NCBI RefSeq assembly: GCF_009914755.1
Contig: NC_060929.1
Length of the DNA: 64,000 nucleotides
Source: the human T2T-CHM13v2.0 reference genome, Homo sapiens
Direction: 5' to 3' (one strand)
Part shown: piece after piece, positions 1-15,918 of the stretch
How the letters are laid out: each line of letters starts with the position of its first letter
Position numbering within the stretch: position 1 is the first letter of the stretch
Made by a program: the position numbers and the translations under genes
The notes under the pieces: model-generated
Told to the model about the DNA's origin: nothing
Database searches by the model: none
Seen by the model: the letters and a program-made list of their open reading frames with translations, nothing else

Positions 1-9
1 AGCCCCACG

Positions 10-130
10 AGGATAATTATTACTATCTTCATTTTTCAGATGAGAAAACAGACTCAGGGAAGCTAAATTACCTGTCCAAGGACACAATAGCTAGAAAGGG
101 CAATGCCAGGACTCGATCCCACGTCTCTCT
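10..130 (-). mobile_element. MIR fragment
   Basis: MIR core in reverse: cagatgagaaaac...cctgtccaaggacacaatagctag. Confidence 0.7.
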
Positions 131-1869
131 TTCTGTCTGACTCACTTGCCAATATGTCACATGCCTTCCTGCTTATCCGTGGTCATCCAGAGCTTCTCAG
201 CAGAAGTGGATTCTGCTCCAGTCACTTATCTGTCACCAAGAGGGAACAGTTCCTACCATCATGCTAACCCCTTCCCTGGGGAGGGGGAATGTAATGGCAT
301 ACAAAGCAAAGGCCATAACTTCCTGCACCTTACCTTCAGGTTGCGGGGAGATGGGAGAGAGGGGTAGATCATAAGTAAAAACTAATAAATAAAAATAAAT
401 AAATAACTGCAGAACAAGACAAGCACTAGGAAGTCAGTAAACAATGGAACAAAGAAAGAGTTTATCAAATGCTTTGGAATCCCTGAGAGTAGAAGGCTCA
501 GCATCGCCAAAGCTTGGGTTGTAACTTTTTTGCTGTGTAACTGGATTGAAATCCAGCCAGCCCAGGTGACCTCCCTGCAGAGCCAGGCCCCTCCATATTA
601 AGATTCCGCCTTTGTCTGGCTGAAGTTTAAGTCAAGTCTCCACATTAGGTTAGCAGCAGTCTCCCAGGTTTTTCTTCCTCTGCTGGTATCTGCAAAGTTG
701 CAAACTGCAGTAGCCTCCTAAAGACAAAAATGGAATGAGATTAGTAGTTAAATCCTTAATGACTGGATTTCAGGGCTGTGTAATTGATTTTTGATATGCT
801 GCACTGTAGAAGTTGATTATAAGTAGTAATCGTGCCTTTTCTCTGATAAATCAGTTATGCATTTTGACTAAGTTTTCCAAATAAAGATAAATGTGGCCCT
901 AAAATAAAGTGGCTATAATCCCAACTCCAAATATTAAAACTCTTTCTTTAATAATGGTACTTGTGGTAATTAGCCCAAGTTAGGCACACAAGTCTTATAA
1001 CTGAATTTCTGCCAGGGTTAGATTTGCTGGCATCGTGTTTATGCAAATCAAAACACAGTTTTATCTATCAACACCTCAACATTTAATTGTCTGGTGTTAG
1101 TTCCTGTAACAACAATCACATATCCATTTAGCTCTCTTAAATGAAAATCACTATGAGATTATAACAGGTTGAGTGGACTGAAAATGTAATTTGAAAATGA
1201 GGGAGAAAGCCTGGAATTTATTTGCATCTCATTTATTTTAATTCAGTTCGTAAACTGTTTAGTGAATGAAATGAAAGCAACTTCTGGAAATGGCAGGAGA
1301 GCAGTTGGAAGAAGGTATAAGGGAAATGTTGGGTGTGATGTGGATTGAGGGAACTGGGGAGTGGCCATTTCGTCAGATGTTTCGTGAGCCCATGGCAGGG
1401 AGTTTGCAGCCCCTAAGCCGAAGGTACCCATTGGCCCCATAAGGCTAGCAGGCTGTCTCACCATTGGCAAGATGGGCTCTTCTCTCCCTATCTATCTATC
1501 TTAGTCTTGCTGTGTCTTTTCATCCCTGCTCCACTGTCACATGAGGGCATGAAAGTTCATTTATTCAAAAGATGTTTATTAGGTGCCAACACTACAGTCA
1601 GTACCACGGAACAAGGAGACTCTAGAGAGATAAAGAAAACTGGGTGGCACCGACTAGCTAACGGTCTCATGGAGAAGACAATATTAGTAGTGTGATGTAA
1701 GCTATAATACAGGCCAAAAGCACAAAGAAAGGGATACTTAACTGTATCTGCTGGAAGAGGATAGGCCACGGCCAGGTAACAAATTAACCCTGAAATCTCA
1801 TGGGCGTAACACATCGCAGTCCAAATGCATCGGGCGGCTCTTCTTAATGAGGACTTGCTCCAGTTGCTC

Positions 1870-2115
1870 TGTCTTGCGATCCTGCCATCTTAAGCACAGG
1901 CTCTGTGCAGTTGCTGCAGCAAGGGAAGAGAGTTTGGGTGATTCACGAGAGCTTAATAAGCAGGCCTGGATACGGCAGGCCTCACTTCCACCCACCCTGG
2001 TGAGAACACTATCAGGGAACCTCAACTGAACCACAGGGAAGCCTGGAAAATGTTGTCTTTTCTGAGTGCCTAAGAAGAAGAAGATGAACAAAGACTTGGT
2101 AAGCACGTAGCAGAG
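1870..2115 (-). mobile_element. MLT1-type MaLR LTR fragment
   Basis: Resembles the reverse complement of the MLT1I/J 5' end. Confidence 0.45.
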
Positions 2116-2473
2116 TGATCAGGTCTCCCGTTTGACAAGAGATCAGGAAGGGCTTCACAGAGGAGCTGGAATCATTTCTGTAGAGTAGTAAGAATCAGCC
2201 AGGCAGAGATAGGGAACAGAGGTGACAGGACAAAGAATGTCGCCAGTGGAAAGGCCAAGAGGCCAAAAAGGGAATGGCATTTCAGAAAACTAATTCAGTG
2301 TGGCAGTGGATGTGTTAGAGAGTAGGGTAGAAAAAGAAGATGCAGCCAGAGACTGCACATGGAAAAGAACATGGTGCCAGGCTAACATTTATCCTGAGGG
2401 CAATGGTGAGCCCTACCTGGACTTCATTAGCAGAGTGATGTGCTGGGATGTGTGGCATTAGAAAGCTCTCTCC

Positions 2474-2935
<462 letters not shown>

Positions 2936-3902
2936 AAAAGATCTCTCTGACTTCCTCAGGTATGGAGGAAGACAGATGAGAAGGGGACAAGATAGATGAT
3001 AGGAGGAGAGGGACAGTAAGGAGGGTGCTGCATTAGTCCAAACAAGAAACTAAATCACTAGCAGCGAGGAAAGAAAGAAGGTAGGGGGAGAGATTTGAGA
3101 GATGTCTAGCACACGAGGACGAGGATTGGGCAACTAGCAGGGTTGCTGTGTCATGCTCACCTTTTGACAGGCTCTCCCCATGATCATGTAAACTGGGAAG
3201 GCTGGGTGGCCGTCCACGCTTTGTGGGCTCTGTAAAAGAGAGTGGCTGGGAGCTGAAACCCAAGCCAGAGATGTAAGATTCTGGTGGCCCCAGCCCTGCC
3301 TCTTGGAATGGAGAAGAAACTAAATGAACTTTGAAATGCAGCCACTTAACCAGCTCCATGTAATCACTGCTCCCCATGTGGAGAGCAGGGATTTGGAGAG
3401 AATGTGTGGGTATCATGCATGAAGCAAATAGCCTGAACGTCCCCGGGACTGGCAAGCTCCTGGGAGCCTGGTCAGCTGAGGGGTGTGAGGGCCCAAGGCT
3501 CTGAACATTCCTGGAGTTTAGAGAAGACCAACAATCTCAGTGAAGCCATCACAATAGAACAGTGCCCAGTGAAATTCCAACCCACCTAGGTACCCTTTCT
3601 TCCCACAATCCTCCAGACGGAGGCATCTCTTAGTGGAGGAAAGTATCAGTGGCTCTTCCTTACAGCCTGGGGAAATGTAAGATGATGGCGGATGGATAGA
3701 CCGGGACCACATCCTTTCACCAAAAGCTTTGTAATGGAGTGTTAGTCCCTTCATTCCTGCCCAAACTCAGTGCAGGGAAGATTTTCATTATGCCTCCCAA
3801 GAACTCCTCAAAGAATCTCCTTTGAAAGAGTCCTCCCCCTCCTTCCCGCATTGTCCTCCATTCCTTTCTTCACTCACTCTGGCCTTGCAAAAACATGAAG
3901 CA

Positions 3903-4199
<297 letters not shown>

Positions 4200-4536
4200 T
4201 TACATCATGGCATCTGTGAGCTCCATAAGTGCAGGGACCAGGTCGCCCCTGTATCCCTGGTGACAAGTGCCATGTGGTGGGTACTCAGACAACAGGTGAC
4301 AAAGAAAGATGTAATAACTGTGCCTTCTATAGGCGCCTTCTTAATGTGTAAATGCTCCCCCACCACAGTGGGTATAAATTCACAAATACATTGCCCCTAC
4401 ATCTGTCTGGAATCCTTCCACTGCAAGAGACAGGAAGTGCATTCAGACTAACTTAGAAGAGTAGGCGCTGTCTTACCTAACAGGGCCACCACAAGGGAGA
4501 AGCTGGCCTCAGAGACTCTAAGATGTCATTAAATGG

Positions 4537-4892
4537 TGTACTAGTCTGTTTTCACGCTGCTGATAAAGACATACCCAAGACTGGGAAGAAAAAGAAGTTT
4601 AATTGGACTTACTTACAGTTCCACATGGCTGGGGAGGCCTCAGAATCATGGCGGGAGGCAAAAGGCACTTCTTACTTGACGGCATCAAGAGAAAATGAGG
4701 AAGAAGCAAAAGCGGAAACTCCTGATAAACCCATCAGATCTCGTGATACTTATTCACTATCACTAGAATAGCACGGGAAAGATCGGCCCCCAGGATTCAA
4801 TTACCTCCCCCTGGGTCCCTCCCAACACATGGGAATTCTAGGAGATACAATTCAAATCAAGATTTGGGTGGGGACACAGCCAAACCATATCA
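4537..4892 (-). mobile_element. THE1 solo LTR (MaLR)
   Basis: Ends ...gggtggggacacagccaaaccatatca (THE1 start in reverse), TG..CA termini, 5-bp TSD aatgg/gatgg. Confidence 0.9.
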
Positions 4893-5407
4893 GATGGACG
4901 TCTCTCTTTCTGTTTCTCACAGCCCCCTTCCATCCCATGGCAGGGTTTCTCTCTCGGCAGTTGACCTAATTTTCTCCTACAGTAGACTAATGTCCTCTTC
5001 ACATTGCGGGGGTGGGGGGTGGTCAGGCAGACTTAGCCAAAGTTGACTCCAGGCTTACATCATCACAGCTAAGTGAACCCAGAGGAAAAAGGAAGGTATC
5101 TCCCCCAGCATTTCTATTTTTCATAAAATATCTCATGGAAGAAAGATTGACCTGGCAGAGGGAGTTCACATTCCTGGGCAAATCACTGGTCAGGGAGCTG
5201 GGGATCTGTGATGAGTCAGGCAGGCACAGGTCACATGACCATACCTGTATCTTATAATAGACATCTCAGTAAAAGCACCTAGACAGGGAAGCCCTAGAAA
5301 AAAGAGGTGCCGTACCCAAAAAAGAAAGAAAGAGATACAAGGTTAAAATATAAATATCCCAAATATAGTCTACATCCTCCATCCCTCCGAAGCCTAATCA
5401 TAAGGCG

Positions 5408-5452
5408 AAACTCCTGGCCCTGAGGATCTAAAACTCCTGGCCCTGAGGATCT
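5408..5452. repeat. Perfect tandem duplication, 23-bp period (aaactcctggccctgaggatct x2)
   Basis: Seen directly. Confidence 0.95.
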
Positions 5453-6390
5453 CTTGAGGCTCTATTGCCTCCCACCCCAACAAGCCTTTTTTCTAGGCTT
5501 TTGGAAGAGAGAACTGAAATCAACCCCTTCTATTAAGATTTAAAACTTCTACCCTTTCCTAAAACGGATCTTGTGCAGGATGATTCTCTTTCTTTGTAAA
5601 GGAAAGCATATAACCACGCTCTAGGATATTTCTTCCTGATTGTGATTTACATAGAGATTGCAGAAGCAAGAAACAGCTACATGTGTAGGTAGCAGAACAA
5701 AAGAAAAATTGCTTCCAAGATAATCTTCCATCATGATATTGGTATTAGTGTTATTAGTATTCCAAGAAGAAGTGGGAGTTAGTAATTTTGTTTTGGCTCC
5801 CATATAATTAATATGACATTGCAATTACGTGTTGGCATGTGTTACTTTTACTTATGTGGCAAATCACAGTGACAGAGGAGGGAGGTGGGGGGATGGGCGT
5901 GCCTATGTGCATGTGAACACACACACATGAACTCAGTTCTGCGTGGAGCCCACTCAAGCCGGTCTGTTAACACACACAAGTCATTATGAAAGCCTGAATT
6001 TTCACAGCTCCTTCCTGCCACAATGCATTCATTCTTCACGTGACTAATATTTTATATTTCAAACACCTCCTGTGTTCTTGGCACTACGCTAGGCACTGAG
6101 TGTACATTAGTGAACAAAAGATTTCACCTTACATGGTGAGCAGCACTTGTGCAGGCAGAACTTGGGATAAATTTAATATTAGTTTAAATAACACATAATT
6201 AGAAGGGCAAGCCTCTGCAAACAGATTAAATAATGTATTCCCCAAGCAAACATTACTTTTGGGTGGCTTCTGTTTGGGATGATGATGTGGAAAAGTGGAA
6301 AAACCCTAATGGAGCTTATGCCTTTACCTCTTATACCTTAGCAAGGAGATAATAATCCAATAAATGTACAAACAATATATAGAAATTGTG

Positions 6391-6677
6391 GGCTGGGCAC
6401 AGCCTGTAATCCCAGCACTTTGGGAGGCCCAGACGGGTGGATGACCTGAGGTCAGAAGTTCAAGACTAGCCTAGCCAACATGGCGAAACCCCATCTCTAC
6501 TAAAAATACAAAAATTAGCCAGGTGTGGTGCGGCACGCCTATAATCCCAGCTACTTCGGAGGCTGAGGCAATAGAATCACTTGAACATGCTAGACAGAGG
6601 TTGCAGTAAGCCGAGATGGCACCACTGCACTCCAGCCTGGGTGACAGAGTGAGACTCTGCCTCAAAGAAAAAAAAAA
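6391..6677 (+). mobile_element. AluS with TSD agaaattgtg
   Basis: Alu consensus, flanking direct repeats. Confidence 0.95.
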
Positions 6678-7745
6678 GAAATTGTGATGGGTGCTTTGGG
6701 AAAAATGTACGGTGGAGCTAATACGGAATATATGATATAGGTTAAGCCCTCTCTGAGAAAATGACATTTGAACTGAGAACTGAATGAAGAGTAGGTAGGA
6801 ATTTCCCAGGCATGGAGTTGGGGGAAAAGCCTCTATGCTAAAGCCCTAGCATGTGCAAAAGGCCCTGAGGCAGAAGAGACTTCTGCCTGTATCCTGAACA
6901 GAAGGAGAGCTCCAGTGTGGCTGGAGTAAACCAGCTGAGGGTAAGGTCAAGGGGTAGAGCCTTATCTTGTTGGCCCTTTTAAGGATCTTAGAAATACAGA
7001 AGTCTTCTGCAGATTATCCACCCGGTACATGCAAATGAGCCCTCATCGGGAGCCTCCTTCTTGGACACTAGGAAATATACAACATACCTGACTCCTGAAA
7101 GTTCAGGTCAAAGGATAACAAATATAGCTTATTCCGGTCATCTGGGCTGAGCCTCCATACCAGACACCCTCTGCCCCTTCTCACTACATCCCTACCAATG
7201 GACCACCCACCTGCACTAGAATACTCACAGCATCACCTGAAAACAGCCATGCTCTGCCTGTGCAAGGCCTTTGCTCATCCCCTGTGCTTTCATTTGCTGA
7301 CCCTCCCCACCTGGAATATTCTCCCTGATTCTTCTCCCACCCTCACCTGTCCAAGCCTTACTCATACCCAGGCCCCCACTGAGCAGCGCTTTCTCTGGGA
7401 AATCATCCTCATCAGTCCCAGCTCTGGTTCCACATCCTTCCTCACTGCCACAGTTCCTTCCCTGTGTCTACTGCCATTACCACACTAAAAATGGTTTTTG
7501 TTGTTGGCTCACCTGTCGTTATCCCCCTCTGGCCTGTGGCCTGCCCCTCTAGGGCAGGGGTCATAACTGTCTTGTTCTATCTTACAACAGTCCCAGTAAC
7601 AAACACAGAGTAGGTGCCCAGTAAATATTGAATGAAAGAATGAATGAATGAATGGGATTTTCCACTGACATAATGAAAATCTGCTCCCTCCCACGTTTGC
7701 CTATGAATTCCAGGTCCCAGGGGCCTTCCAGAATGACTCTAATAG

Positions 7746-8162
<417 letters not shown>

Positions 8163-8686
8163 TGATTTTCCACGTTGGAACTTTAGATCATCAGAGTTAG
8201 CAGGGTTCTTGTACCCAGTCTGATTCAGTCTGCTTATTCACTAATGTTCATTGAGCACCAAGCACTTTCCAAAACAAAATAGAGACACTAAGAAAAATAA
8301 GATAAAGTCCCGACTCACCAGTTCCCAGGCTATTACAGATGAGGAAACTGAGACATGAATGGTGAAGGTATGGTTTTGGTATGGCAAAGCTAATCAGTGA
8401 CACTGATGAGTATCAAAACCGCCACTCAAACTCGGGTCTTTCCACCTGACCTCCATCCAAAACAGCAAGTCATCCAAACATAATGTTTGCTTGGGGAATA
8501 CATTATTTAATGTGTTTGCAGAGGCTTACCCTTCTAATGATGCATTATTTAATTATTATATTAAATTTATATTTAATTATTAATATTAAATTTATAGCAA
8601 GTTGTTTTGTCTCCACAAGCACTGATCCCAATGTAGCATTGAGTCTTGTTGTGTGGGAGCTGGGGATAGCTACTTTTTAAATCCCA

Positions 8687-8970
8687 GGCCGGGCGCGGTG
8701 GCTCATGCCTGTAATCCCAGCACTTTGAGAGGCCAAGGCGGGCAGATCACAAGGTCAGGAGATCAAGACCATCTTGGCTAACACGGTGAAACCCCGTCTC
8801 TACTAAAAAAATACAAAAAAATTAGCTGGGCATGGTGGCGGGCGCCTGTAGTCGCAGCTACTCAGGAGGCTGAGGCAGGAGAATGGTGTGAACCCGGGAG
8901 GTGGAGCTTGCAGTGAGCCCAGATTGCGCCACTGCACTACAGCCTGGGAGATAGAGTGAGACTCCATCTC
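8687..8970 (+). mobile_element. AluY
   Basis: AluY diagnostic sequence (gagatcaagaccatc, ggagcttgcagtgagc). Confidence 0.9.
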
Positions 8971-9017
<47 letters not shown>

Positions 9018-9157
9018 AGGGAGGGAGGGAGGGAGGGAGGGAGAGAGAAGAAAAGAAAAGAGAAAAGAAAAGAAAAGAAAAGAAAAGAAAAGAAAAGAAA
9101 AGAAAAGAAAAGAAAAGAAAAGAAAAGAAAAGAAAAGAAAAGAAAAGAAAAGAAAAG
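8971..9157. repeat. Compound polypurine microsatellite (GA)n(GGGA)n(AAAAG)~20 forming the Alu tail
   Basis: Seen directly; TSD-like atccca on both sides of Alu plus tract. Confidence 0.95.
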
Positions 9158-10411
9158 ATCCCAGAAGACTGACCCGGAAAGAAAATGAAGATGTCCTCTA
9201 GGCCAGGCTTTACCTCTGGGTAGGTAAATAACTAAACTCTCCAAGGCAAACTCTTCTGCTTTTAAACGTCGCCAGACAGGGAGACTCTCGTGACCCCCCT
9301 CACTAATCTTTTTTGGGTTTCCCATACTCAAAGCAGGATGGGCAAAGGGTTCTTCTATACGTCTAACTGAAATCTCTCCTGCTGTGTTACAATTCCGTTT
9401 CCTGGAGGGGATCCAGCCCAGTGTAATTTCCTCCCTCATGTTTCTCAAATCACTAGCTCCCGTCATTGCGCCTGGAGCTAAGTTAGAGTCACCAGTTATA
9501 GGCCCAGCAGGGCCGTTTTGAAGACAGCGTTTCCTTTTCTCCAGGTTTTTTATGAGCTTCCTTGTGACAGGCGTATGCTTGGTGAGATCAAAACGTTCTG
9601 GGGGGATATTCTGCAGGGGAAACCACTTCCCAAAGTCTGCCCTCTGCAAAAATAAAAAAGCATGCTAAATAGCTGAGTTTTATTAACTGGGGAAGCCAGG
9701 CTGAGGAAAATGCCCGATAATTAAAAATAATGGCTTCCTTACAAACACAAAATTGTATTAACTTAAAAATTGGTTTCTCTATCACTGAATTCCTACCAAG
9801 CCGACTGGGAAGGGAATCGTGTTGATCCCGGCAGTGAAAATAATTCAAAATAACTTTTATGTTCTCCAGGAAGCCTCAAGGTTAATTTAAATATTGCTAG
9901 CTGGGTAATTTAATTCAGAATAAGAGAACATTGCAGCTAAATTAAAGCTCCCACATGCTCTAAACTGGGGGGGCAGGTATCCTCAAAGGGCCGATCGTGC
10001 CTGTTGGACCCTCCAGCATCTCGCACCCACAGCCGGGGCACCCCCCTTTATAAATGGCACCCTCATAATTAAAGAAATTTGATTAGATTACACAACTGGC
10101 CTGAACTCCTTGGCTCACCTTCCAGTGAATTTTTCAGATTTAATTATTAGAAGGATTGGGCATTTTAATAGAAATTTTCACATTTCAAAGTTAACTCAAA
10201 CCTGTGCTATCAAAAAATCCCATTGTCCCAGGGATATGGTAAATTTGCAAGTAAAAACCCACCCTAAGTTATCCATGGCTAATGGCTAGCACCTATCATT
10301 ACTTCTTTATAGTTGGTGCACCTGGGTCAATGGTCAGAGGCCTCTCAGCTCTAAGTAACAGCAGTAAATCCCAGGGTGGCAGTCAGAGGTTAGGGACCCC
10401 TCTTCTTTGTT

Positions 10412-10499
10412 TACCCAGTATTTAGTTCTTTTGTAATCCCATCCAAGCACTAACCAGGCCTGATCCTGCTTAGCTTATGAGACCAGGAATGTTCAGGGT
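10412..10499 (-). pseudogene. Degraded 5S rRNA-derived fragment
   Basis: Reverse complement accctgaac...tctcataagctaagcaggatcaggcctggttagtgcttggatggga matches 5S ACCCTGAAC...AAGCTAAGCAGGGTCGGGCCTGGTTAGTACTTGGATGGGA. Confidence 0.85.
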
Positions 10500-10788
10500 T
10501 CTTTCTGTAATCTAAGCACCCTCACACACTAATATCATCCTTATTATGATAGTCATGATCACATATATTATTTACATGTTGGTCTTTCCCATGATTACAT
10601 ATTATAGTATATTATGCACACATATGTACATCTATACACACATATGATTATATTATGGTTATATATGTGATTTTCCCATTGGTCTTTCCCAGGTAACTAA
10701 AGATAAGGCCTTATATCACACTGAGTGTATTTTAACCAAGAGTACACATCAGAATCACCCAGGGAGGTTTTAAAAATCAAAAATCCAC

Positions 10789-11179
<391 letters not shown>

Positions 11180-11249
11180 TTAGAATTGCATGCTTGATGG
11201 AAAGCCTGTAGTCCAACACCCCTCAATCCTAGAGGTGTACAACCTGGAG

Positions 11250-11460
11250 GTTAAGACAGCAAGCTCTGTATGGGGATCCTAGCTCTACCACTGAGTATTT
11301 ATCTAAACTTGAGCAAGTCACTTAAACCCATCTATATCTTGTGTGCAAAATGGGGATGATAATAATGCCTGCCTGAGAGTGTTGTTGTGTAAATTAGACA
11401 AAACAAGGGCAATGCTGAGAATAACACTCAGCCTGTGTAAATGCTCAACATGTTGCTGTT
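11250..11460 (+). mobile_element. MIR
   Basis: ttgagcaagtcacttaa...aaaatggggatgataataatgcct. Confidence 0.75.
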
Positions 11461-12099
11461 GCTGTGGTTTTTCTTCCTTGTATACCAGAGCAGACACCAA
11501 AGCCTGGCATTAGCTGACACTCAATGTTCAATAATTAATAAATGCACTAGGGCCCTATGATATGAGCAAAAAGAAAAAAAAATATAAGAAAAGGGAAGGA
11601 GGAAAAACTAAGGATGGCCAAGGGGATGGAAATAAGTAGGCATGATGGCAAGTCCCCAGCAGTTGCCTCCAAAAACCCTGGAAATCCTTCCTCATTGTTG
11701 CATCATTCATTCTGCCTAACAAAATGTTGGAGAGGTCTTGAACCAAAATCTGAAACCCATAGGTTTAAGAATGATGGTGGCCTTCCGCAGTTGTCCCAGA
11801 TGAACCAACCCGATGTGACCAAGCTTCTGTTGGCAGAGGAGAAGACCTATCTTTCTGACCACCACTGTGTGTTTTGCTCTGAAAATGATGGCTCCAATCC
11901 CGTATAATTCAGACGGCATTAACTTTTGGACCTGTTTTTAAAAAAATAAAAAATCCTACTACTCAGCCTTTGCCTTCTTGACTATTCCCAGTTGCTGGAA
12001 GTTGTTGATAGGAATCTTCCACTTGAAGTTAGGGTTCCTTATAATCCCAAGAACTCACCACCTTTATTTCCCTCCCCTTGCTTTGATGCATTCTCTTTT

Positions 12100-12414
12100 C
12101 TTTTTCTTTTTGTTCTTTTTTTTTTGAAACAGAGTCTCACTCTGTCCCCCAGGGTGGGGTGCAGTGGCATGATCTTGGCTCACTGCAACCTCCACCTCCT
12201 GGGTTCAAACAATTCTCCTGCTCAGCCTTTTGGGTAGCTGGGATTATAGACACATGCTACCATGCTTGGCTAATTTTTTTTTTTTTTTTTTTTAGTAGAC
12301 ACAGGGTTTCACCATGTTGGCCAGGCTGGTCTCAAACTCCTGACCTCAGGTGATCTGCCAATCTCAGCCCCCTAAAATGTTGAAATTACAGACATGAGCC
12401 ACACGCACCTGGCC
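12100..12414 (-). mobile_element. AluS
   Basis: Reverse Alu. Confidence 0.95.
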
Positions 12415-12665
12415 TATGCATCCTCTTTTCTAATTGTCCTATAATAAATATTCTATCCTCTCTCTGAGATGACCTTATAGAAACAGCAATGGTTTGGAGA
12501 ATCTGTAGTCCTGGGTTCAGATTCCACTTCTGCCACTTGTCTAGTTATGGGACTCCTGTAGACCTCAGTTGCTCTTATGTAAGATAGTTTCTATGTCATG
12601 AAAGTGAAAATGGGATCAGGTATGTAAAGTACCTAGCATAGCACCTGCCAAAGTATCAGGGGCTT

Positions 12666-13120
12666 GTATCAATTTAGATTTGTTTCCACTGCTAGTAACA
12701 GAGATTAGCAATAGCAAGGGTTTAAACAGGATTTACGCTTATTATTTTCCTATGATCTGAAAGGAGCTTAGGGAAAGCAATCCTTGGCTGTATGGATGAA
12801 CACTGAAGACACCTAGATCAACAGAGATCTAGACTCTTTTTCTCTGGATAGGCCATCATCCTGGAGGTCTCCAGCCCCAAAGTCACCTCATAGTCACAAG
12901 GTAAATGCTGGAGCTCCAGCCATCACATACACATTTCACCCAGGAAAAGGAGGAAAGGGAAGAATTAAAGATTGCCTAGCTCTCAGCTGAGTCAATTTCC
13001 TTTAAGAATATTTCCCAGAAGACCAGCCAACAACAACCACTTACATCTTGTTGGCCACCCGTATCTCTGAAGGAAGCTGCGAAATGTGTTTCATTACCTG
13101 GGCACAAAGCTGTTTCCCAG
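12666..13120 (-). mobile_element. Old MLT1-type MaLR LTR
   Basis: ggagctccagccatcaca...ttcccagaag...ttggcca...gaagctgcgaaatgtg typical of reverse MLT1. Confidence 0.5.
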
Positions 13121-13467
13121 AATGCAAGTGTCTGTGGTATTAGAATTATTCCTTGTCCCACCCCCTCACACCCCCAAAGCTGCAATGTGGAGCATTCAAG
13201 GGCTGTGAAAATGCTTCACAGTCTGTTCATCATTTGACACATTTCAGGGCACTCAATGGACATACAATACAGGAAGCAGTAAAGCTGGTGAAGTGTATAA
13301 GAAGTTAACTGGTTAAAGTCTGAAGGCCTAAGTTCCAGACCAATCCAACCACTTCACTGCTGTGTGACCTTGAGCAAGTTTTGTAACCACTCTGTTTGAA
13401 GCTTTTTTTATCATTTGTCAAATGGTCTTTGTGAGCAACAACTCAAACAATGGATGCAAAATGCCTA

Positions 13468-13822
<355 letters not shown>

Positions 13823-14789
13823 AGTTATTATTACTATCATCACCACCATCACTACCATCATTATTACCAGTAAGTGCTGTTGAATTATTAGGGTAAAGTG
13901 AGGAGGTACCAGACATCTCTCGAGTCTCTTCCTTTCGCCTATTTACATCATCCCTTGCCTTCAGCAGCCACCCCAGGGATGTCTGGATTTGCAGTCAGTG
14001 AAGTTGTGAGAGCCTGGGCTGAGTCTGGTTCATTTCATTCACTTCCAGCCACCCACTCAGGGCTAGCTGAATCTCAGGAGCCCCTCTCCTTTGCCCCTCA
14101 CCAGAGTCTAGTCTCCCAGCTCTGCCTTCTGGGATAGGCTTTCTTCTCTGATCAGATCAACTTCTAAATAAATATTAAATTATGTCTGATGTGTTTCCCT
14201 ATTCCTTTCAAATCTAAGTAAATCAGTTCATCCCTTTGTTGGAAATCCCCTAGCCCTGCTGAGGCCTCCCCACTGATGTCTCACATTCTTGACAGTGACA
14301 AGATTTTTCTCTAGATATTAGAAGGAAAGAAGTTCACATAGGAATGAGGCTTCATATTCCCAAATCTTTGTAAAATATGGATTTCTAAGCCCTGTTCTCC
14401 ACTCTTCTAGGTAACTTTACTTAAGATTTCATAAGAAATTATGGCACCTGTTCTTAAAGATCATTAGCTTCTCAGCTAATGATGTGCCAAAAAGAGTTCC
14501 AAGTGTGCAAATATGCAAACTCTCTTGCCCCCAGGGTGGCCAGGCAGCCCAGGCAAAACTCCAGGGTTCAAGTCTGTTGTATATTGCTGTATAATTTGCA
14601 CACTGCACAATTTTCACCATTCACACTTTCCACGATCCTATGGCACCCTTTGTAATTGTGCAGTGCACAGCCTACCCAACTGCCCATCACAGCCATGCCC
14701 AGGTCAATCATCTCTGTCCATAAGCTGCCTTATTTTTATATTCTATTGCATATTGCACCATACAAATACTACCATTTTCTTTTCTTTGG

Positions 14790-15088
<299 letters not shown>

Positions 15089-15271
15089 AAATTTTGCCAT
15101 TTTCTATCTGTGCCATGATAAGGAGCTTAGAAAGCACTACTCTAACTTTGGGGTTATTTCTTCCTCCAGTGAACACTTAAGCCCTGGCCATGCCAGCCAT
15201 GTCCTCCACAGAAGCCTGAGCCGGCATGCCTGGGTGATGTCTTTCAAACAAGGCCTGTTGTGTTTTCCTAG

Positions 15272-15918
<647 letters not shown>

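Noticed and set aside
4625-4637. PRDM9 hotspot motif position in the THE1 LTR
   Set aside because: Reads CCTCCCCAGCCAT on the minus strand, the non-activating version rather than CCTCCCTNNCCAC
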